Assembly (NCBI GenBank): GCA_018238155.1
Contig: JABCTZ010000016.1
Coordinates: 1 to 26,785, forward strand
DNA: 26,785 nucleotides
Direction of reading: 5' to 3'
Origin: Candidatus Heimdallarchaeota archaeon
Lineage (GTDB): Archaea; Asgardarchaeota; Heimdallarchaeia; JABLTI01
The notes under the pieces were generated by a model. That model was given only the letters and a program-made list of their open reading frames with translations. It did not search any database and had not been told where the DNA came from. A program made the position numbers and the translations under genes. Shown in pieces: positions 1 to 7,582 of the stretch (positions are counted from its first letter, which is position 1; the number at the start of each line of letters is the position of its first letter).

Positions 1-1
1 A

Positions 2-205
2 ACTTCATCTGACCATGCTGAATTTGGATTTTTTGTTTCGGTAATAACAGAAAATTCTTCTGCTACTATACATTGGTGGTATAATATACTTGTTACAGGG
101 AAATATTCAGCTGCAGGAGTTCTCATGGCAAGTGGAACATTAATCTTAATATCATTGGGAGTTATTATTCGCTCCAAAAGAAAAGCTATCAAAATTAACA
201 GATAG
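2..205 (+). CDS. 3' end of a membrane-anchored surface protein (partial, 5' end outside window)
   Basis: Frame 2 is open from the window edge to TAG 203-205: TSSDHAEFGFFVSVITENSSATIHWWYNILVTGKYSAAGVLMASGTLILISLGVIIRSKRKAIKINR. It has a C-terminal hydrophobic helix plus basic tail and is followed by T-tracts. Confidence 0.75.
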   Translation, partial: TSSDHAEFGFFVSVITENSSATIHWWYNILVTGKYSAAGVLMASGTLILISLGVIIRSKRKAIKINR

Positions 206-470
206 TTTTTCTTCTATACTCTTTTTTCTGTAACATTCATTCATTTTCCTATAATAAACTCTATCGACTATTTGTTTCACTAAGTATATTTTTTTCGTTT
301 ATCTATCCCTGTATATATCCCTTCTCACTTCCTAGTAATTATCGATTTATTAAACCAAAACCTAAGGAGGTCTATCCGATAACAGCAAATTCATCTCTTT
401 GATTTCTCTCAGGTTCTCGTGTTGAGACGACCGTAAAAGGAGGTTCTGTTAGCAAGAATCCTAATGTATA

Positions 471-484
471 GAAAGATTTTATAA
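471..484 (+). promoter_or_regulatory. BRE-TATA promoter of tRNA-Phe
   Basis: Purine-rich GAAAGA followed by TTTTATAA, about 60 bp upstream of the mature tRNA 5' end. Confidence 0.5.
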
Positions 485-543
485 GGAAAAAATAACTGAA
501 AACAACAATGGTGTCGTATATAGACTCTTAATAAGCAAGGGTT

Positions 544-680
544 GTCGAAGTAGCTTAGCCCGGAAGACATCAATCATACGATGTCTGGGTAAGAGAGCGC
601 AGGACTGAAGATTCAAAAAGCGGAATGCTTAAGAATTTGTTATCCTGTTGCCGGGTGTTCAAATCACCCCTTCGACACCA
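544..680 (+). tRNA. tRNA-Phe(GAA) with two introns (D-loop intron 564-592; canonical 37/38 intron 611-641), CCA encoded
   Basis: Acceptor stem GTCGAAG(544-550)/CTTCGAC(670-676), then A-CCA. D arm GCTT..GAGC; anticodon arm CAGGA-CT-GAA-G/A-TCCTG; T arm GGGTG-TTCAAAT-CACCC. Removing both inserts gives a standard archaeal tRNA-Phe, and both junction pairs fold into bulge-helix-bulge-like motifs. Confidence 0.93.
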
Positions 681-712
681 TTAATTTCATTATTTTAAGT
701 AGTCATTGATTG

Positions 713-1114
713 TTAATCCATCTTTTCGAAATTTAAAGAAACAGAATTTATACAATATCTTAAACCTGTTTTATCCCTCGGACCATCAATGAAGATATGT
801 CCTAAATGCCCACCACAATTTTCACATAAAACTTCTAGCCTCTTCATATCATAAGAATAATCTATTTTTTCTTCTATCTTACTCTTATCGATTACATCAT
901 AGAAACTTGGCCAACCACACCCTGAAGGAAATTTTGTTTCTGATGAAAAGAGCTCTGTGCCACAACCGGCACATTTGTAGATGCCTTTTTCTTTATGTTC
1001 CCAATATTCACCTGTAAATGGTCCTTCTGTTCCATTTTCTCTCAAGATATGATATTCTATTTTTGACAGTTCTTTCTTCCAATCTTCCTCAGTTTTATCT
1101 TTAGCTGAATTCAT
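713..1114 (-). CDS. msrB: Peptide-methionine (R)-S-oxide reductase MsrB
   Basis: GTEGPF, CAGC and CENC Zn ligands, GCGWPSF, GHLGHIFIDGP and RYCINS motifs. Confidence 0.96.
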   Translation of the reverse strand: MNSAKDKTEEDWKKELSKIEYHILRENGTEGPFTGEYWEHKEKGIYKCAGCGTELFSSETKFPSGCGWPSFYDVIDKSKIEEKIDYSYDMKRLEVLCENCGGHLGHIFIDGPRDKTGLRYCINSVSLNFEKMD

Positions 1115-1346
1115 CTCTAGTAAATTCTCCTTTCAGTAGATTATAACTAAGAATTATCTTTTAACAAATTTATTCTTATGTGTTTATTTTCTGTATTATT
1201 GAAACATCAAAAAAAAGTCCATATATCATTGTTTTTAGTATAAATTAACATAAATAAGATAATTTTTTTAATTTTTGATCATTATCACTAAAAAATTGTT
1301 TTCATAACAATTATCTTTAATAGGATAAATTTCAATACCAATTAAT

Positions 1347-1973
1347 ATGAAGCGTAAAATGCGAATTATCCTGTTAGTACTTATTCCCATTATTTTAGTT
1401 ATCAGTGGCATAGGTGGTTATGCTTTGTGGAACTTCTGGCCAGCCTCTTGGTCTACAGAACCACCCGTTCTAGACTTTCCAGTTGAAAACACTGATGTAA
1501 TCCATATTATTGGGGGATATGGAGATACTGGTCTAGGATTTTTTCACAATGGCATTGATTTTGGATGTAATGATTCGGTAAATATTTTAGCGCCATGTGA
1601 TTTACGTGTATTTGACATTAAAACTTGGCTCTATGCTACCAATCCAGATAGATGGCAAACAAGTGTCCGTATGAGAACCACACTAGGTTATATCTTGGAA
1701 ATTGCTTTTGAATCGTGGGCACTAAATGAATCATTTGGCGACCTACAAAGGAATGCTCTTGAAGTAAAAGTAGGTCAAAAAATCAAGCGAGGTGAAGTGT
1801 TAGGTCAATTACTATACCATGGCGATGGCACACACATTCATTTCATGATAAGAGTGAAAAGAGAAGATGCTTGTCCGTATCAATTTTTCAGTGCATCAGC
1901 AAAAGCTATTTTTGATCCTCTATGGGATTTGTATGGAACAACAAGTGTTGTTTGTAATGATACCTCAACTTAG
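1347..1973 (+). CDS. Membrane-anchored M23-family metallopeptidase-like protein
   Basis: N-terminal TM helix; HNGIDF (HxxxD), VKVGQKIKRGEVLG and HIHF (HxH) motifs. Confidence 0.8.
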   Translation: MKRKMRIILLVLIPIILVISGIGGYALWNFWPASWSTEPPVLDFPVENTDVIHIIGGYGDTGLGFFHNGIDFGCNDSVNILAPCDLRVFDIKTWLYATNPDRWQTSVRMRTTLGYILEIAFESWALNESFGDLQRNALEVKVGQKIKRGEVLGQLLYHGDGTHIHFMIRVKREDACPYQFFSASAKAIFDPLWDLYGTTSVVCNDTST

Positions 1974-2113
1974 AGAAATATCTAGCTTGGTTAACTTTTG
2001 GTAGAGCAATATTATTTATTTATCATAAGACTTTACAGTAAAAAAGACAAGAAGATAAAAATAGGTTGAACTGATACACAATTATAAAAAATTAAATTTG
2101 TTAATATAATTGA

Positions 2114-2398
2114 GTGATAAAATTGAGCAACTCAGATCTAACAGGTATTGTTTCCAAAAAATTGAATCATTATTTATTAATTGCTACAGATGGCAAAGAA
2201 TACCAACTAATTGCTATTAATAACTGGGAAACACTTCCAAAAGAATTGTATACAGAGAAATTTGCTAAATTTGTGGGTGAAAAAGTAAAAGTTTCTGGGA
2301 GAGTTATCGAGAATATTATCTGGAATGCTTTGATCCAGTTTTCCAACGAGAAGAACAACAGTCCTCCAACAATGGATGATTTGAAGGTTCCTGAATAG
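2114..2398 (+). CDS. Small hypothetical protein (beta-rich, OB-fold-like)
   Basis: 94-aa ORF with YLLIATDGKEYQL and FVGEKVKVSGRV patterns. The start codon is uncertain. Confidence 0.65.
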   Translation: MIKLSNSDLTGIVSKKLNHYLLIATDGKEYQLIAINNWETLPKELYTEKFAKFVGEKVKVSGRVIENIIWNALIQFSNEKNNSPPTMDDLKVPE

Positions 2399-2519
2399 CT
2401 TAGATTCATTTGTGCTATTAAAAGAAAAAGAAATTCTATTTTAACTGATGATAAAGCCTAAGTCGATTTAAATTTGAAAAAGGCAAGGATGAGCTTTTTC
2501 TTTTGTCGTTTCTCATTAT

Positions 2520-3707
2520 TTAGGCAAGAGCGATGATAGTTGCAAGTGTTGCTTGAACTATTTTAGTCATAAATTCAAAGTCTAAATAATCGCTAATATC
2601 TGCACTAGTATGATAGTATGGATATCTAAATTCAAAAGTATCTGTAATTGAAATTGCGGGTATATTTTCTTTCCAAAAAGGAGAGTGATCGGATCGCAAT
2701 AGGTCAATAATTTGTAGAGATATTTCCTCATAATTTAGTGGTACTTCCAAACTATGAAATGGTAATTCAATATCATTTTTCTTACATTGTGTACAAAATG
2801 CTTGAGCAATTGATTTTGAATATTTATCAGCAAAAATACCAACAAAGTTACCAACTCTGTTTTCAATATCAACTTTGTAAGAGGGGTACCTTTCAGGATC
2901 TATCCCTGTAGGATATTGTTGAGAATATTTCTTTTCAGAAGAATAACCAATCTCTTCCAGATTAAATACACCCAAAATATTTTGTTTGTTGTGTTTATTC
3001 TTTTCAAGCCACATTGAACTTCCTATGCAAATTGATTCTCCAACCCAATTTGTTCTTGTAACATTTTCATAGAGTTCTTGTAAAGAATCAATATACTGCC
3101 TTTCTTTATCTGTTAATTGTTCAGCAATATCCCCAATTGCTAATTGCCAAGTTTCTTTAACCGTTTTACCTTTGGCTAAATATTCCTCTCTTAAAACATC
3201 CAAAATTTCAAGAAGTTTTATTGAATGGTAAGTTGAAAAGCGAAGCTCATCATCTACGAGATCTGATTCTTCCATTAGCGCTCTTATTTTCTTCTCTTGT
3301 TGAGGATGCCCTTCTTCTAAGGTAAAAGCGATGAATCGTACATTTGTTTCAATATCTGTTTTTACTATTACTCGAGCGATTTCCAACATTCCAGCAATAC
3401 CTGAACCATTATCATTTGCTCCGGGAGAAATACTAACAGTGTCATAATGAGCCGTTACAAGTAGTTCCTTGTCTGACCCTCTATCTAAGAATCCCTCAAT
3501 GTTTCTAAATTTCTGTTCAAAACCATCTATCTGAAATATCTGCTCAGTAACTATCAAACCATACATTTCAAATTCATATCTAATATAATCTGCAACAGCA
3601 TCCAACAAATCAGGATTATCTATTGGATGTCTAACACCTTCGATATTTAGTATATGTTGATATAATCTCTCAACATCAATCTGTTCGATTAGTTTTGTTT
3701 TAGTCAA
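2520..3707 (-). CDS. M28-family aminopeptidase
   Basis: AHYDT, PGANDNGSG, FTLEE, RSDH and YYHT metal/catalytic motifs; TTG start. Confidence 0.9.
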   Translation of the reverse strand: MTKTKLIEQIDVERLYQHILNIEGVRHPIDNPDLLDAVADYIRYEFEMYGLIVTEQIFQIDGFEQKFRNIEGFLDRGSDKELLVTAHYDTVSISPGANDNGSGIAGMLEIARVIVKTDIETNVRFIAFTLEEGHPQQEKKIRALMEESDLVDDELRFSTYHSIKLLEILDVLREEYLAKGKTVKETWQLAIGDIAEQLTDKERQYIDSLQELYENVTRTNWVGESICIGSSMWLEKNKHNKQNILGVFNLEEIGYSSEKKYSQQYPTGIDPERYPSYKVDIENRVGNFVGIFADKYSKSIAQAFCTQCKKNDIELPFHSLEVPLNYEEISLQIIDLLRSDHSPFWKENIPAISITDTFEFRYPYYHTSADISDYLDFEFMTKIVQATLATIIALA

Positions 3708-3790
3708 ACTTTCTTGTCCTCAAGGAGATATCTGATATTTTTATTATAATTGTAATTATATTATTGAAGCAGAGCGAATATTTTATTACA

Positions 3791-3804
3791 GAACATTTAA
3801 ATAT
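3791..3804 (+). promoter_or_regulatory. Probable BRE/TATA element GAACATTTAAATAT
   Basis: Contains TTTAAATA, about 60 bp before the ATG at 3866. An identical 14-mer lies at 16149-16162 before the methyltransferase. Confidence 0.5.
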
Positions 3805-3865
3805 GTTACAAACATCCTCTCAGTGGAGATTTCTCCTTTCGAAATCCCGAAACTGGTGATCAATA

Positions 3866-5953
3866 ATGAAATCAACCAAATACATGAAAAGTCTATTTTT
3901 TATTGCGATATTTGTAATAGGATTAGCAGTTACTGCTACGTCTATTAATGCTAATGTTGCAATTGAGGAAAAAGCAGTTCCAATGTTAACTCGAGCTCCA
4001 TTAGAATTTACTGGTACAGTTAACCAAGGTTCTGATAGCACACAACATTCATTTATTGTTGCATCTACTGCCACAAAGATTGATGTTAAGTTAACTTTCG
4101 GCAGTTCATATGATTATGATTTGAGCCTATGGGATAACCAAAATCGAAGAACTGGTGGATGGACAAACGCAGACCACTCGCAAAAGAGCAATATACCAAA
4201 TGATGCCTATTCTGGTTATTCCGCCAATCCTGAAACTATTACTGTTGACCCCCCCGCAACCTCGGGCACATGGAAAGTGGGTTGTTATTCGTACAGAGGA
4301 ACAGATTCATACACAATTACTGTAACAATTACTGGCTCAGTTCCAGATACAACTAATCCTACTGTAAGCGTTACAGTTCCAGCAAACGGAGCAACTGTTA
4401 GTGGAACAGCAACTATTACTGCCACTGCTTCAGACAATATTGGTGTAACCAAAGTAGCTTATAAGATTGACAGTGGATCTTGGACAGATGATACTTCATC
4501 ACCGTACTCTTGGACATGGGATACTACAAGTTATACAGATGGAACTACTCATACTATCACTTGCCGTGCATATGATGCTGCAGGTAATTATGTAGAAGAT
4601 TCCGTTACGGTCACAGTCGATAATAGTGCTTCTGGAGATAATGAATTAACTTCAGGTGTTGCAGTCACAGGTTCTTTTAGCAGTTCAGGTCAAACAGAAA
4701 TGTGGTACATTGATGTTGCAGCTAACGCCGAAAAAATGGTTTCAATTTTAACTTGTGGAAGTGCTGATTTCGATCTCTACGGTCGTTTAGGTTCTGAACC
4801 CACAACTAGTACATATAATTGGAGAGGATATACCTCTGGTGGTGAAGAGGTTACTCACAATTCTCCTGGTGCTGGTCGTTGGTACATTATGGTACGAGAT
4901 TATAGTGGAAGTGGTAATTATGAATTAACAGTAACAATGACCTATAGCGGTCCTGATACTACACCTCCAACCGTTTCCATTAGCAGTCCAGGTAGTGGTG
5001 CTACAGTAACTACTGCTGACGTTGCTGTTTCTTGGTCAGGTTCTGACGCAGACAGTGGTATTGATTACTATGAAGTACGCATGGATTCTGGCTCTTGGAT
5101 AAATAAAGGAACAGGTACAAGTCATACTTTTACTGGTTTAGCTGATGGCAGTCATACCGCAGAAGTTCGTGCCTTGGATAATGCTGGTAATAGCAACACT
5201 GACACCGTTACTTTTACAGTAGATACTACAGTTGTAAATGTGGTGAAAAAATATGCTGTAATCGTTGGTATTTCTGACTACAAATCAATTAGCGATCTTT
5301 CTTACTGTGATGAAGATGCTACCGATTGGTATAATCATCTTTCTGGATCACAAATGGATTATGATCAGATTTGGGTTTATGGTGATGGTCACACATCAAA
5401 CTTTCCAATATATACTGGAAAAGCCACGGAGCACAATATCAAACAAGCTTTAAACAATATGGTTAATTTAGCTGATGACAATGACATTATTGCTTTCATA
5501 ACTTCAGGTCATGGTAGTGGAGATGGTTCAGGTTCATCCTATATTTGTGCTTGGGATTGTGGTTCTGGTGAAAGTGGTGAAGACGGTGATTTCTATGACA
5601 CTGAACTTGTAGCTATACTTAATGGTGCAGTTGCGGATAAAATTTTCATTTTCATTGATCATTGCTATTCTGGTGGTTTTGGGTCCGATTTGATGAGCAT
5701 GAGTAATAAAGCCCATGTTTATTGTACTGTTACTTGTTCAAAGAGTGGCTATGGTTACGATGACCCTGGTCATCAAAATGGTGCCTGGACATACTTCTTC
5801 CTTGATTACGCATGGATTTCCCATTTCGGTGGTAGCGCAACGACTTCTATGGAAGCAATTTTCGATTATGCTCTTGCAGCATATACACATTCTGGCATCC
5901 ATACTCCCGAAGAATATGATGGTAGAACGTCAACAGCATTTTATTTGGCATGA
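3866..5953 (+). CDS. Secreted multidomain protease: signal peptide - PPC - Ig-like (Big) - PPC - Ig/FN3-like - C-terminal caspase-family (peptidase C14-like) domain
   Basis: N-terminal hydrophobic signal; DYDLSLWD and DFDLYGR PPC motifs; repeated PDTT.PTVS..P..GATV Ig linkers with AYDAAGN/ALDNAGN; KKYAVIVGISDY, TSGHG (His) and IDHCYSGGF (Cys). SD-like GGTGAT at 3855-3860. Confidence 0.85.
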   Translation: MKSTKYMKSLFFIAIFVIGLAVTATSINANVAIEEKAVPMLTRAPLEFTGTVNQGSDSTQHSFIVASTATKIDVKLTFGSSYDYDLSLWDNQNRRTGGWTNADHSQKSNIPNDAYSGYSANPETITVDPPATSGTWKVGCYSYRGTDSYTITVTITGSVPDTTNPTVSVTVPANGATVSGTATITATASDNIGVTKVAYKIDSGSWTDDTSSPYSWTWDTTSYTDGTTHTITCRAYDAAGNYVEDSVTVTVDNSASGDNELTSGVAVTGSFSSSGQTEMWYIDVAANAEKMVSILTCGSADFDLYGRLGSEPTTSTYNWRGYTSGGEEVTHNSPGAGRWYIMVRDYSGSGNYELTVTMTYSGPDTTPPTVSISSPGSGATVTTADVAVSWSGSDADSGIDYYEVRMDSGSWINKGTGTSHTFTGLADGSHTAEVRALDNAGNSNTDTVTFTVDTTVVNVVKKYAVIVGISDYKSISDLSYCDEDATDWYNHLSGSQMDYDQIWVYGDGHTSNFPIYTGKATEHNIKQALNNMVNLADDNDIIAFITSGHGSGDGSGSSYICAWDCGSGESGEDGDFYDTELVAILNGAVADKIFIFIDHCYSGGFGSDLMSMSNKAHVYCTVTCSKSGYGYDDPGHQNGAWTYFFLDYAWISHFGGSATTSMEAIFDYALAAYTHSGIHTPEEYDGRTSTAFYLA

Positions 5954-6067
5954 AAATGCCATATTCTTTTTTTCCTATTCTTAGAACAGTTTATTACTGA
6001 ATTGAAATTCGATTTTTATCGTAGATTTGCCTAGAAAGCAATATTTTTTAACATTAAATAGTAATAT

Positions 6068-6874
6068 TTGTATATGAGACGTTCTAAAATTATTTTCACA
6101 GGATTACTGCTTTTCATATTTCTATTTTCAACAGTAAATATTGGTTTTACACTAGCTGGATGGGAAACAGATCCGACGGGTGATGCGGATGGCATTGATG
6201 CTTGCGACATCACACGTGTAGATGTCGATGTTACGTACAATTCACCTCCAACAGATGATGTAGTTATACTAAAGATTACTTTAGCAGAAAAGATAACAAT
6301 AAATTATAGTAAAACATTCAATTGGTTTGATTATAATTTCTACGTTGACACGAGTTTAACTACAAATACTAATACATCAGAATTAACTTCAGATGATTAT
6401 GAATACCGAGCACATTTAGGAAGAAAATACACTAATTCCTCAGGACTGTGGTCAAATACCTCATCTTTACTTTGTACACGTTACTATTATTCCGATGGCG
6501 ATGGTAAAGGGAAAACTACGGGTTCATTTTATTGGAATCCAAACACCAACTTATGGCAGGTTACAAATCCAGAACTTAATGTAGGTGAAGTTATTGGTAA
6601 TACAATTGTTTGGGATGTAACTGGAGCAATTTATAGAGAACAACCAATTGGTACAGGTTATGTTGTTCAAGGAGTAGCTTCTACAGCTTACAATCTAAAT
6701 GTCAAAGATTATGCTACAGAAAATGGTTGGGTTGGTGAATTCACTAATATGTGTGTTGCACCCACTTCAACAAATACAACAAATCCATTGCCTTCTATTG
6801 GTTTTATTTTCAGCATCGTTTTCTTAGCCATAGGAGCCACAGGAATATCACAAATACGTAAAAGAAGAAAATAG
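6068..6874 (+). CDS. Secreted/surface protein with C-terminal TM anchor
   Basis: Signal peptide; DPTGDAD...DIT motif; Thr-rich linker; LPSIGF-TM-RKRRK tail. The start could be the ATG at 6074. Confidence 0.8.
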   Translation: MYMRRSKIIFTGLLLFIFLFSTVNIGFTLAGWETDPTGDADGIDACDITRVDVDVTYNSPPTDDVVILKITLAEKITINYSKTFNWFDYNFYVDTSLTTNTNTSELTSDDYEYRAHLGRKYTNSSGLWSNTSSLLCTRYYYSDGDGKGKTTGSFYWNPNTNLWQVTNPELNVGEVIGNTIVWDVTGAIYREQPIGTGYVVQGVASTAYNLNVKDYATENGWVGEFTNMCVAPTSTNTTNPLPSIGFIFSIVFLAIGATGISQIRKRRK

Positions 6875-6885
6875 CTTTTTTCTTC

Positions 6886-6913
6886 ATGAACGCGGAATTT
6901 TTTCTGCGTTTAT
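6886..6913 (+). terminator. Stem-loop after the surface-protein gene
   Basis: ATGAACGCGGAA / TTCTGCGTTTAT form a 12-bp stem with 2 G-U pairs, flanked by T-tracts. Confidence 0.5.
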
Positions 6914-7069
6914 CATTTATTTTTCAATCTTTTCTTCAAAAAAAACACTTGAATATTAAAGAATAGTTTTTATGGATATTTTCCTTAGAATTTAAATAGC
7001 AGATATCAAAAGGAGTTACTTAGTTATTTTATAGTAGTAGTAATTTAATATAATATGGATGTATTGTTT

Positions 7070-7543
7070 ATGACACATGCAACATTTGAAACATCAAAAG
7101 GAACATTTGAGATAGAGTTTTTTGATGAAGAAACACCGAATACCGTCAAAAACTTTGTTGAGCTTATTGAGAAGGGATTCTACAACGGACTTAATTTTCA
7201 TCGTGTAATTGATGACTTTGTTATCCAAGGTGGTTGTCCTCAAGGAACAGGCACAGGTGGTCCTGGCTATAAAATTCCTTGCGAAACTAATACCTCAAAA
7301 CAATTCCACAAAGTTGGTGCTTTGAGTATGGCTCATGCGGGACCTAATACTGGTGGTTCTCAATTTTTCGTTGTTCTTGATGAGGGAAATACTCGTCATT
7401 TGAATAACAAACATACAGTTTTTGGTCAAACCACTTCTGGTATTGATGTTGTGAAGAAAATTAGTAAAGGCGATAAAATCATCAAAGCATCAGTTAAGGA
7501 TGTTAGTGACAAAATCACTAATTGGCAGCTCAAAAAGAGGTAA
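7070..7543 (+). CDS. ppiB: Cyclophilin-type peptidyl-prolyl cis-trans isomerase
   Basis: FYNGLNFHRVIDDFVIQGGCP, GTGGPGY, GALSMAHAG, GGSQFF and HTVFG motifs. Alternative ATG at 7055. Confidence 0.93.
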   Translation: MTHATFETSKGTFEIEFFDEETPNTVKNFVELIEKGFYNGLNFHRVIDDFVIQGGCPQGTGTGGPGYKIPCETNTSKQFHKVGALSMAHAGPNTGGSQFFVVLDEGNTRHLNNKHTVFGQTTSGIDVVKKISKGDKIIKASVKDVSDKITNWQLKKR

Positions 7544-7582
7544 GTATTTTACCTTTATATGATTAAAGAGGTTTCACCATTT

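Noticed and set aside
300-470. Moderately structured intergenic stretch with two AAGGAGG motifs; possible ncRNA or small ORF
   Set aside because: No start codon at a suitable distance from either motif, the frames examined are interrupted by stops, and no known RNA family was recognisable.
660-712. tRNA 3' end as an integration (att) site
   Set aside because: No direct repeat of the tRNA 3' end and no integrase seen in the window; msrB follows immediately.
6886-6913. ATGA-starting 3'-UTR hairpin as a SECIS element
   Set aside because: Too short, lacks the GA/GA quartet geometry, and no adjacent gene has an in-frame UGA at a Cys position; MsrB and TrxB use Cys.
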